A stretch of DNA of 64,000 bases. Origin: Mobula birostris. Lineage: Eukaryota. Of this stretch, positions 51,963-62,200 are shown piece after piece; the first letter of the stretch is position 1, and each line of letters begins with the position of its first letter. Both the position numbers and the translations under genes were made by a program. The notes beneath the pieces are model-generated. The model was not told where the DNA came from. It saw only the letters and a list, made by a program, of their open reading frames with translations, and did no database searches. The stretch spans positions 29,009,821 through 29,073,820 of the forward strand of contig NC_092379.1 of assembly GCF_030028105.1 (NCBI RefSeq). The letters are read 5' to 3'.

Positions 51963-53661
51963 GTTGTCTAATTTCTGGCTGAATCGAACGGCAGATTTCT
52001 TCCAGGGCGTTGTTATCACAACAGATATTGTGGTAGTAGATTGGTTCAGCGATACTTTTCACCTTGTGTAAAACCGGAGGTGTTTCTCTGGTTAAAAGAT
52101 TGGCTGACAGAAAGAACCGAGCGTTCCAGAGCACCAATCAGAAGCTGTTTTGTATCCATTCGTCATTCTGCCTGTTTCTCCGCTCTTACAATGTCCGGNN
52201 NNNNNNNNNNNNNNNNNNNNNNNNNNNNNNNNNNNNNNNNNNNNNNNNNNNNNNNNNNNNNNNNNNNNNNNNNNNNNNNNNNNNNNNNNNNNNNNNNNNN
52301 NNNNNNNNNNNNNNNNNNNNNNNNNNNNNNNNNNNNNNNNNNNNNNNNNNNTTCACATACCTATCAATGTGTAATCGATCATAAGACTTTTTCACGAGTT
52401 CGCTTCTTCAAAATTGACACTATCCCAATGGAAGAGGTTGATTTCTTTATTGTATTTATTTTGTTGGTGAGTTATTTGAAGATATATCCTACAGTAGGCC
52501 CTTAAGTCAATATGTTTCAATCTTCCAGCATTGAACTACTTATTCAAATGTCAGCAAGAGTTCATCTAGATATTTCCTAATCTTTGTTTTCTGCCGGGGT
52601 GCCAATTCCTTATTTACGCCAATAGGCTCCTGACAGCACTTTCTGTGTAGCCATCACTTTCTTCGTAAAAAAAAAAAACCTCACATCCGGCATTCCCCTT
52701 GTAATTTCTTCCATTCGCCTCAAGGTATCATCCTCCCGCATGAGCCATTTCCACCCTTCGGTCAAAGCGCTAGTTGTCCACTTTACTTATGCCCCTTATC
52801 ATATCATACACAGCTATAAGTGGCCCCTTACCTTCCGTCGTTCCAAAAAAAAGGTCGTTACTCCCAGAAACTGAAACGTCCCGTGGAATATAAATGCACT
52901 TGGGGGATGTGTAACTCAATTTCAACATTGCGATTCCTTCTCCTTTCATCGTCGATGAAGAGCGATAAATCTTTCACAGACGATTCTACAAAAGAGGGGC
53001 AAAATGACTGAACACTCAATGCCCCCGTTGCACATGCGAGACACCCGCTCACTATTTGTGCAAAGATACGCCGGGCAGCATAACCCATATTGTCGGCAAG
53101 GATCTGGAATCACATAGAGTCTACTTTCAGGCGAGATCTAAGCCAGTTTACATTCAAGAAACTAATGCCACAGACTGGCGAAAATTATGTCAAATACGCT
53201 ACACCCTTCACTTTGTGAGAAACCTCCGTTCTTGCAAGGGGGCGTTTAAGGACCCGACCCAAATGCAAGACACAGACACCGAAGTACTAGGAACGGGACT
53301 ACGATTATTAAGAATGCAAGGGAAGTCGGGAAGCAGGGATTGATCAGAGGGTAATCCAGGAAAGAGCAAAGCCTAAGCGGGAAGAAGCGTACCTGGACAC
53401 GGGCACAGGCCCTGGTCTAGACTAGAAATAGGAGCACGGGGTCCGGACGTGGAACTTGGAACAAGGAGCCTGGACTAGGAACACGGAACTCCGGAACCAG
53501 AGTCTGGACAGGGACTCCGATCCGAAGTCTTGACTGGCACTCGGAACCTCGGTCTTGAATCGGACCAAAAACCCGGGCCTAGGTTAATACTCGGGAGGAG
53601 GATTTGGATCGGACTTGAAACTCGAATGGGACTTGGATCGGAATTGAAACTCAACAGGGAC

Positions 53662-53809
53662 CTGGAACACGAGTTCTTGACTTGGACTGGACTGGAACAT
53701 GAAGCCTTGACGTGGACTGGACTAGAACACGAATCCTTGACGTTGACTGGACTGGAACGCGAAGCCTTGACTTGGACTAGACCGTAACACGAAACCTTGA
53801 CTTGGACTG
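53662..53809. repeat. 30-bp minisatellite inside the LTR-type element
   Basis: About 5 units of CTGGAACACGAAGCCTTGACTTGGACTGGA. The array resumes at about 54748 after the nested inserts. Confidence 0.85.
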
Positions 53810-53810
53810 T

Positions 53811-54744
53811 AAACACAAAATAATCTGCAGATTATTTTGCTGATTATCTGCAGATTGGAAGAGCAGCACCTCATATACCATCTAGGTAGTCTCCGGCCCC
53901 TTGGTATGAGTATAGGATTCTCCAACTTTCGGTAGTTCCCCCACCCCCCCACTTCCTCTTTCCCTATGTCACTCTTCCCCCTCCACCAGCTGCCTATCAC
54001 CTCCCTCATGGTACACCTCCTTCTACTACCCATTATATTTCCCCCTGTTCCTTCTTCAGCTTTCCTGCCTATCACTTCCGTGCTGCCCCTCCCCCACCCC
54101 CTTCATCTTTCCTTTTACTGGTTTTTTACCTGGAGCCTACCAGCCTTCTCCTTCCCACCCTCCCCCCACCTTCTTTATAGGGCCTCTGTCCCTTCCCTCT
54201 ACAGTCCTGACAAAGGGTTCCGGCCCGCCCGAAACGTTGACTGAACGTTTCCATGGATGACAATAGACAATAGACAATAGACAATAGGTGCAGGAGTAGG
54301 CCATTCGGCCCTTAGAGCCAGCACCGCCATTCACTGGGATCATGGCTGATCATCCACTATCAGTATCCAGTTCCTGCCTTATCCCCATAACCTTTGATTC
54401 CGCTATCTTTAAGAGCTCTATCCATCTCTTTTTTGAAAGCATCCTGAGACTTGGCCTCCACAGCCTTCTGGGGCAGAGCATCCCATATATTCACCATTCT
54501 CTGGGTGAAAAAGTTTTTCCTCAACTCCGTTCTAAATGGCCTACCCCTAATTCTTAAACTGTGGCCTCTGGTTCTGGACTCACATATCAGCGGGAACATG
54601 CTTCCTGCCTACAGCGTGTCCAATCCCTTAATAATCTTATATGTTTCAATAAGATCCCCCCTCAGCCTTCTAAATTCCAGAGTATACAAGCCCAGTCGCT
54701 CCATGATGATGCCCGACCTGCTGAGTCCTCCAGCGTGTTGTGGG
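53811..54744 (+). mobile_element. Penelope-like element 3' end (interrupted by CR1)
   Basis: RLEEQHLIYHLGSLRPLGMSIGFSNFR* at 53852-53935, UTR, mutated hammerhead at 54202-54243, terminus resumes at about 54705. 24-bp palindrome at 53816-53839. Confidence 0.75.
54259..54703 (-). mobile_element. CR1 3' fragment nested in the PLE
   Basis: LGLYTLEFRRLRGDLIETYKIIKGLDTL...RKNFFTQRMVNIW, 3' UTR and a (CTATTGT)n tail. Confidence 0.9.
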
Positions 54745-55567
54745 TCATGACTTGGACTGGACTGGAACACGAAACACAGAGCCGGGACCCCTCCTTGGAA
54801 ACAGGACATGGGGCCGGGACTCTACTTAGACACGTAACACAGAGCCAGGAGCGTTCTTGTGTGCAGGACATAGGGCCGGGACTCTTCTTATACATGGAAC
54901 GCTGAAAACGAAGAGACAGATCTCCACTCAAGGTAGCGGCAAACCGCCGGACCTTCCTAGCGAAGGCGAGGACACGAAGAGACAAGACCACACAACAATA
55001 GACTGTTCCTTCTATTGACGCGACAAGGCTCCAGTCTCACTCCGGCAGGTTAACTTGACGGGGATTCTGCCGAAGTCAGAGACGAGGTACAGACGAGGTA
55101 GAGACGAGGTAACTCACAGGGCATTCTGGCGGGGACGGTCCAGCCACTATCACTGGACCCCAGAGCTATTTATGTTGCCAGTCCGAGACGAGAAACAGTT
55201 GCCTTAATTAAGGCTCCCAAGGGTACAAAGGAAAAACGGAATAACCGGAGTACGGAATCCACGGAGCGGACCGTGACATCCGTAAATTGCTCTGTAAATG
55301 GGAACTGAGCTGGGGAAGTCAGAGCTGAGCCTATTTAGCCAGAGATGTGAATGGAACTACAACATTGTCAGTTTCTTAATAATTTACTCTAATTCTAATG
55401 TATTTGTCGATCTCACACTTCTGTCCTTCGTTGTACTTTAAATGGTACTTCATTTCTAGCAATGGATCGTCGTCCTTGGTCCGTCTTTCTTTACTCTCTT
55501 AAATTTACGTCACCATGTCACTCTGTGTCTGTCTCTGTATTTCAATTTAGTATTTTATTTCTCTACC

Positions 55568-55570
<3 letters not shown>

Positions 55571-55657
<87 letters not shown>
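55571..55657. repeat. (CT)n microsatellite
   Basis: Pure TC run of about 87 nt. Confidence 0.95.
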
Positions 55658-55659
<2 letters not shown>

Positions 55660-56129
55660 GTACATCCTTTTACAAGCTGCCAGACCACTCGGTATTCATT
55701 GTCATTCTGAAAAAAAAATCAATTGTTCTCCACTTTTAAGAAGCTAATGTGTTAATAGAGCGAACCTGAAATTTATCTTCATCAGAAGGATTTACATGAC
55801 AGCTTAGCCGATGCTGTCTAGTCACATGCACCCTTAGTATCTCCAGGTTGCACTCATCTTCACTGTTAATCGCTCAGGCCAATCAAAAATTATGTCCATC
55901 CAAATGTTAACCGCACAATGTTGTTATAGGCAGCAGACACACAATATTGTTATGGACACTGAGATATAGTGAAAAATGTTTCGGAAAAATGCCACAGTAA
56001 TCCGAGGTAGAGCTGAATTCAAGAAGTGTTCCTCAATGTTTGGCGCATTTCGCTGCTCAATGCAGCATTTTAAGTAGACCACGTGATCCTTATGCTTTGT
56101 GCGTGCGGCTGCTCCAGTCTCCCAGCTAA

Positions 56130-56144
56130 GGCGCCCTCTAGTGA
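56130..56144 (-). promoter_or_regulatory. CTCF-consensus motif downstream of the V pseudogene
   Basis: TCACTAGAGGGCGCC, 13/14 match to the consensus. Confidence 0.6.
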
Positions 56145-56182
56145 TCACGAGCACGGACCCGCTGTATCCCTGCAGTTATGTA

Positions 56183-56613
56183 GGGTGCTTTGCACAGTGC
56201 TATACACCAGAGTCTGGGACCAGAACTCCAGATATATATAAATGAGCGAACTCTGCCTCTGTGCATATCAGCTGAAAATCTCACCGAACATTCTGGAGGT
56301 TGCACCAGTGTTCCTGAACCATATACCTTCAGCATTTATTTTTCGAGATATTCCGCAATGCTGAGTGTGTCAAAAATTATTGCACTATTTCTTGTGTAAT
56401 TTCAGTTTTAGTGTTATGAGCTGACTTTTGTCAGCCGTTAATTTGGCAGCGTCCTAGATCACTGAACCTTTCTTTCTCGTTTCTGCATTAAAGGACAAAA
56501 TGCACTAATATCCCTGACTTGCACTGAACTCACGTGGCACTCTCTGGTCATATGTGCAGCGTCCTGCCTGTCAGGATGACGAATGTAATAAATACGAACC
56601 AAACGGAGCACAT
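56183..56613 (-). pseudogene. V pseudogene, family B
   Basis: Leader MCSVWFVFITFVILTG (56568-56613) with GC donor. Exon from 56482 has SVI*D, frameshifts and DSGV*HCAK. RSS destroyed. Confidence 0.85.
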
Positions 56614-57572
56614 TCTTCTGACTTCCGCCTCGATAGGACGGTAGATAACTTCCAAGAACTTATCACTATGGCAGATATTAGGGAGTAAAATCGTATAAAA
56701 AATAGATTTCACAGTTCCCTGCTCAACGATTGGTAGATAAAACGAAGCCGAGGCTCTATGAACACGAAAGAGAATCGGATTTCGTTGATTTCCGTTCTCT
56801 GCCTTTTCCCCCACACACTATAAATCTTTCTCCGCATCTCTCTCTCCTTTTCCCTCCTCTCTCTCCACTCCCTATCTCTCTCCATCTATTTATCTATCTT
56901 TCTCTCTTTCACGCTCTTTCTCTCTGTCTCTCTTTCTTACACTGCTTCTCTCTCTCCACCTTCTTCTCTCTCTCTCGCTCTCCTTCCGAATATTGATTTC
57001 TATTTATCTACCTCTTTTGTTCGCTCCGTGAATTCATTCTCGCTTCCTTTGCCTCTGCTCTCTCCCTTCTCACACCATGTCACCCCACGCTAACCAGCGT
57101 ATTACTGAGTCATCCACCATGTCATGACTTTCTACTGGCCCTGCGATCTATCTTACCGTTACCCTTTTCGGTTATTGACGAAATACCTTTCAATATATCA
57201 TCTATCTATCTATCTAGATATTCCTTATCAATAGCATAACAAATATTTATTCCCTAATATTTTTCCATAAGTGAGCCAATCCCCTATCCATTGCAATAGT
57301 CTCAATTGAAAATTTTATTTTCTGCAGTTGCCTTCGGCCTCACATCTTAATGGCTCCTTTCTCAGAATGTGAAGACCCTGGAAGTCCAGTTTCCCGTGTA
57401 CCATGAAGGAAATCTTGTGAAGTGATCAAAGTCGTGACCGTTTATTGTAGACAACAAGGGGAAATGAATATTGAGATGTCTCAAACATCTTTTAATTTCT
57501 TATTTGTACCTACAAACTGAATTTAGGCCGAGACGCCTACGATCCTGAGAGCTGCCAGATTAAGGCAAACGA

Positions 57573-58787
57573 GTGGATGTGGTATATTTGGATTTTCAGA
57601 AGGCTTTTGACAAGGTCCCACACAGGAGATTAGTGTGCAAACTTAAAGCACACGGTATTGGGGGTAAGGTATTTGTGTGGGTGGAGAGTTGGTTAGCAGA
57701 CAGGAAGCAAAGAGTGGGAATAAACGGGACCTTTTCAGAATGGCAGGCGGTGACTAGTGGGGTACCGCAAGGCTCAGTGCTAGGACCCCAGTTGTTTACA
57801 ATATATATTAATGACTTGGATGAGGGAATTAAATGCAGCATCTCCAAGTTTGCGGATGACACGAAGCTGGGTGGCAGTGTTAGCTGTGAGGAGGATGCTA
57901 AGAGGATGCAGGGTGACTTGGATAGGTTGGGTGAGTGGGCAAATTCATGGCAGATGCAATTTAATGTGGATAAATGTTAAGTTATCCACTTTGGTGGCAA
58001 AAATAGGAAAACAGATTATTATGTGAATGGTGGCCGATTAGGAAAAGGGGAGGTGCAACGAGACCTGGGTGTCATTATACACCAGTCATTGAAAGTGGAC
58101 ATGCAGGTACAGCAGGCGGTGAAAAAGGCGAATGGTATGCTGGCATTTATAGCGAGAGGATTTGAGTACAGGAGCAGGGAGGTACTACTGCAGTTGTACA
58201 AGGCCTTGGTGAGACCACACCTGGAGTATTGTGTGCAGTTTTGGTCCCCTAATCTGAGGAAAGACATCCTTGCCATAAAGGGAGTACAGAGAAGGTTCAC
58301 CAGATTGATTCCTGGGATGGCAGGACTTTCATATGAAGAAAGACTGGATGAACTGGGCTTGTACTCGTTGGAATTTAGAAGATTGAGGGGGGATCTGATT
58401 GAAACGTATAAGATCCTAAAGGGATTGGACAGGCTAGATGCAGGAAGATTGTTCCCGATGTTGGGGAAGTCCAGAACGAGGGGTCACAGTTTGAGGATAG
58501 AGGGGAAGCCTTTTAGGACCGAAATTAGGAAAAACTTCTTCACACAGAGAGTGGTGAATCTGTGGAATTCTCTGCCACAGGAAACAGTTGAGGCCAGTTC
58601 ATTGGCTATACTTAAGAGGGAGTTAGATATGGCCCTTGTGGCTACGGGGTTCAGGGGGTATGGAGGGAACGCTGGGGCGGTGTTCTGAGTTGGATGATCA
58701 GCCATGATCATAATAAATGGCGGTGCAGGCTCGAAGGGCCGAATGGCCTACTCCTGCACCTATTTTCTATGTTTCTATGTTTCTATG
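57573..58787 (+). mobile_element. CR1 LINE, 5'-truncated RT, young
   Basis: ORFs 57573-57980 and 58023-58688 are in one frame separated by a single TAA. Motifs DFQKAFDKV, GVPQGSVLGP, SKFADD. Tail (TTTCTATG)n. GAGTG occurs at both junctions. Confidence 0.95.
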
Positions 58788-58895
58788 AGTGACTCTCTTT
58801 CGTCTTTGCGTCCATTCTTGATTCGCTCTCTAGTCAGCGCTCTGTGCACCAGATAGCGACTGTATTTCTGTGTCGATTATTCCCCTTTAACTGTG

Positions 58896-58995
58896 CGTGC
58901 TGCAAGGCAGAAAGATACAATGAAGAGTCCGACGCAAGAGCCTCGGTGATGCATCACTGAACCATCTTCGATCATTTTGCAAAGCAGTGGTAAAC
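58896..58995 (-). pseudogene. V 3' fragment (FR3) with a degenerate RSS
   Basis: FTTALQNDRR...ITEALASDSSLYLSAL followed by CACAGTT + 17 nt + ACAGAAATA. Confidence 0.6.
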
Positions 58996-59240
58996 AGCAA
59001 AACATCAATTATCGACAAGTTGGGGTGCAGAAAAGAGACAGAGATGATGCGATGAATACAGTCTCATCAGTGTCAGCAAAACAAATGAACTGTTCATTGA
59101 CTTCAGAAAGGGGGAGGGCAAGCGAACATAACCAATAACTTATTCAGGTTCAGCGCGTAGGCGCCATGGCCAAGAAAGCTCAAAAATGCCATCAAGACCT
59201 CAGTTGGCAAAACAAAATTCTCATGTCCCCATTGACCCAA

Positions 59241-62200
59241 CATAGAACATAAACATAGAATAGTACAGCACATTACAGGCCCTTCGGCCCACAAGGTTGT
59301 GCCGACCCTCAAACCCTGCTTCTCATATAATCCCCCCACCTTAAATTCCTCCATATACCTGTATAGTAGTCTCTAAAACTTCACTAGTGTATCTGCCTCT
59401 ACCACTGACTCAGGCAGTGCATTCCACGCACCAACCACTCTCTGAGTTAAAAAGCCTTCCTCTAATATCCCCCTTGAAATTCCCACCCCTCACCTTAAAG
59501 CTATGTCCTCTTGTATTGAGCAGTGGTGCCCTGGGGAAGAGGCGCTGGCTATCCACTCTATCTTTTCCTCTTATTATCTTGCACACCTCTATCATGTCTC
59601 CTGTCATCCTCCTTCTCTGCAAAGAGTAAAGCCCTAGCTCACTTAATTTCTGATCATAATCCATACTCTCTAAACCAGGCAGCATCCTGGTAAATCTCCT
59701 CTCTATCCTTTCCAATGCTTCCACATCCTTCCTATAGTGAGGTGACCAGAACTAAACACAGTACTCCAAGTGTGGCCTAACCAGAGTTTTACAGAGCTGC
59801 ATCATTACATCGCGATTCTTAAACTCTATCCTTCGACTTATGAAAGTTAACACCCCATAAGTTTTATTAACTACCCTATCTACCTGTGATGCAACTTTTA
59901 GGGTCTGTGGACAATTGCTGCCAGATCCCTCTGCTCCTCCACACTACCAAGTATCCTACCATTTACTTTGTACTCTGCCTTGGAGATTGTCCTTCCAAAG
60001 TGTACCACATCACACTTCAAACAACAGGAATTCTGCAGATGCTGGAAATCAAGCAACACACATCAAAGTTGCTGGTGAACGCAGCAGGCCAAGCAGAATC
60101 TGTAGGAAGAGGTGCAGTCGATGTTTGAGGCCGAGACCCTTCGTCAGGACTAACTAAAGGAAGAGTGAGTAAGGGATTTGAACTCCATCTGCCACTTCTC
60201 AACCCATTTCTGCATCCTATCAATGTCTCTCTGCAATCTTCGACAATCCTCTACACAATCTACAACATCACCAACATTTGAGTCGTCTGCAAACTTGCCA
60301 GCCCACTCTTCTAACCCCACATCCAGGTCGTTAATAAAAATCACGAAGAGTAGACGTCCCGGAACAGATCCTTGTGGACACCACTAGTCACAATCCTCCA
60401 ATCTGAATGTACTCCCTCCACCACAACCCTCTGCCTTCTGCAGTCAAACCATTTCAAAATCCACCTGGCAAAACTTCCCTGGATGTCATGTCTTCTGACT
60501 TTCTGAATAAGCCTACCGTGTGGAACCTTGTCAAATGCCGTACTAAAATCAATGTAGATCACATCCACTGCGCTACCCTCATCCATATGCCTGGTCACCT
60601 CCTCAAAGAACTCTATCAAGTATCTTAGACACGATCTGCCCTTCACAAAGCCATGCTGACTGTTCCTGATCAGACCATGATTCTCTAAATGCCCATAGAT
60701 CCCATCCCTAAGAATCTTTTCCCACGCTATCCCACCATAGACGTAAGGCTCACTGGTCTATAATTATCCGGACTATCCCTACTATCTTTTTTAAACAAGG
60801 GGACAACATTCGCCTCCCTCCAGTCCTCCGGTACCATTCCCGTGGACAACGAGGACATAAAAATCCTAGCCAGAGGCTCAATAATCTCTTCCCTCGCCTC
60901 GTGGAGCAGCCTGGGCAACATTCCGTCAGGCCCCGGGGACTTATCTGTCTTAATGTATTTTAACAACTCCAAAAACTCCTCTCTCTTAATTTCTACATGC
61001 TCCAGAACATCAACCTCTCTCATATTGTCCTCACCATCATCAAGTTCCCTCTCACTGGTGAATACCGAAGAGAAGTATTCATTGAGGACCTCCCTCACTT
61101 CCACAGCCTCCAGGCACATCTTCCCACTTTTATCTCTAACGGTCCAACCTTCAATCCTGTCATCCTTTTTTTCGTCACATATTTGCAGAGTGCCTTGGGG
61201 TTTTCCTTTACCCTACTCGCAAAGGCCTTCTCATGCCCCCTTCTTTCTCTTCTCAGCCTCTTCTTAAGCTCCTTTCTTGCCACCCTATATTCCTCAATAG
61301 ACCCATCTGATCCTTGCTTCCTAAACCTCATATATGCTGCCTTCTTCCACCTGACTAGATTTTGCACCTCACTTGTCACCCATGGTTCCTTCACCCTAAC
61401 TTTCTTTATTTTCCTCTCCGGGACAAATTTATCCCTAACATCCTGCGAGAGATCCCTAAACATCGACCACATGTACATTGTACATTTCCCTGCAAAATCA
61501 TCACCCCAATTCACACCCGCAAATTCTAGCCTCACAGCCTCATAGTTTGCCCTTCCCCAGTTAAAAGATTTCCTGTTCTCTCTGATTCTATCCTTTTCCA
61601 TGATAATGCAAAAGGCCAGGGAGCGGTGGTCACTGTCCCCCAGATGCTCACCCAATGAGAGATCTGTGACCTGACCCGGTCCGTTATCTAATACTAGATC
61701 TAGTTAGGCCTTCCCCCTAGTCGGCCTGTCAACATACTGTGACAGGAATTCGTCCTGGACACACTTAACAAAATTTGCCCCATCTAAACCATTGGAACTA
61801 ATCAGGTGCCAATCAATATTAGGGACGTTAAAGTCAGCCATGATAACAACCCTGTTATTTTTGCACCTTTCCAAAATCTGCCTCCCAATCTGCTCCTCTG
61901 TATCTCTGCTGCTACCAGGGGGCCTATAGAATACACCCAACAGAGTAACTGCTCCCTTCCTGTTCCTGACTTCCACCCATACTGACTCAAAAGAAGATCC
62001 TGCTATATTACCCACCCTTTCTGTAGTTGTAATAGTATTCCTGACCAGTAATACGACCCCTCCTCCCCCTTCCCCCCCCATCCCTTTTAAAGCACTGAAA
62101 TTCAGGAATATTGAGAATCCATTCCTGCCCTGGTGCCAGCCAAGTCTCTGTAAATGGCCACTACATCATAATTCCATGTATTTATCCAAGTTCTCAGTTC

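Larger units (their letters stand above)
53230..55278. mobile_element. LTR-type insertion (solo LTR or deleted element) with nested PLE and CR1
   Basis: Absent from the paralogous blocks. 5-bp TSD TCCGT at 53225-53229 and 55279-55283. Right end CGTGACA (reverse TGTCACG). Left end TCTTGCA is imperfect. Confidence 0.65.

Noticed and set aside
53475-53816. ORFs with repeated LEHEALTWTG / SPVQVKASCS decapeptides
   Set aside because: They are translations of the 30-bp minisatellite in the LTR-type element, not a repeat protein. The spacing is also unlike a CRISPR array (no unique spacers).
39290-55112. Short tandem duplications (39300-39362, 40135-40200, 42305-42345, 46570-46598, 55080-55112)
   Set aside because: Ordinary slippage or junction duplications of 2-3 units with no further structure.
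23697-56567. GC splice donors in two V leaders as a sign of regulated non-canonical splicing
   Set aside because: Both genes have multiple other disabling lesions, so GT-to-GC decay is the simpler explanation.
1550-57000. Many 60-280 aa ORFs rich in S/L/F or R/E (e.g. 4697-4990, 22838-23517, 41720-42337, 47666-48508)
   Set aside because: They are translations of CT/GA microsatellites and pyrimidine-rich low-complexity tracts, with no domain signal or splice structure.
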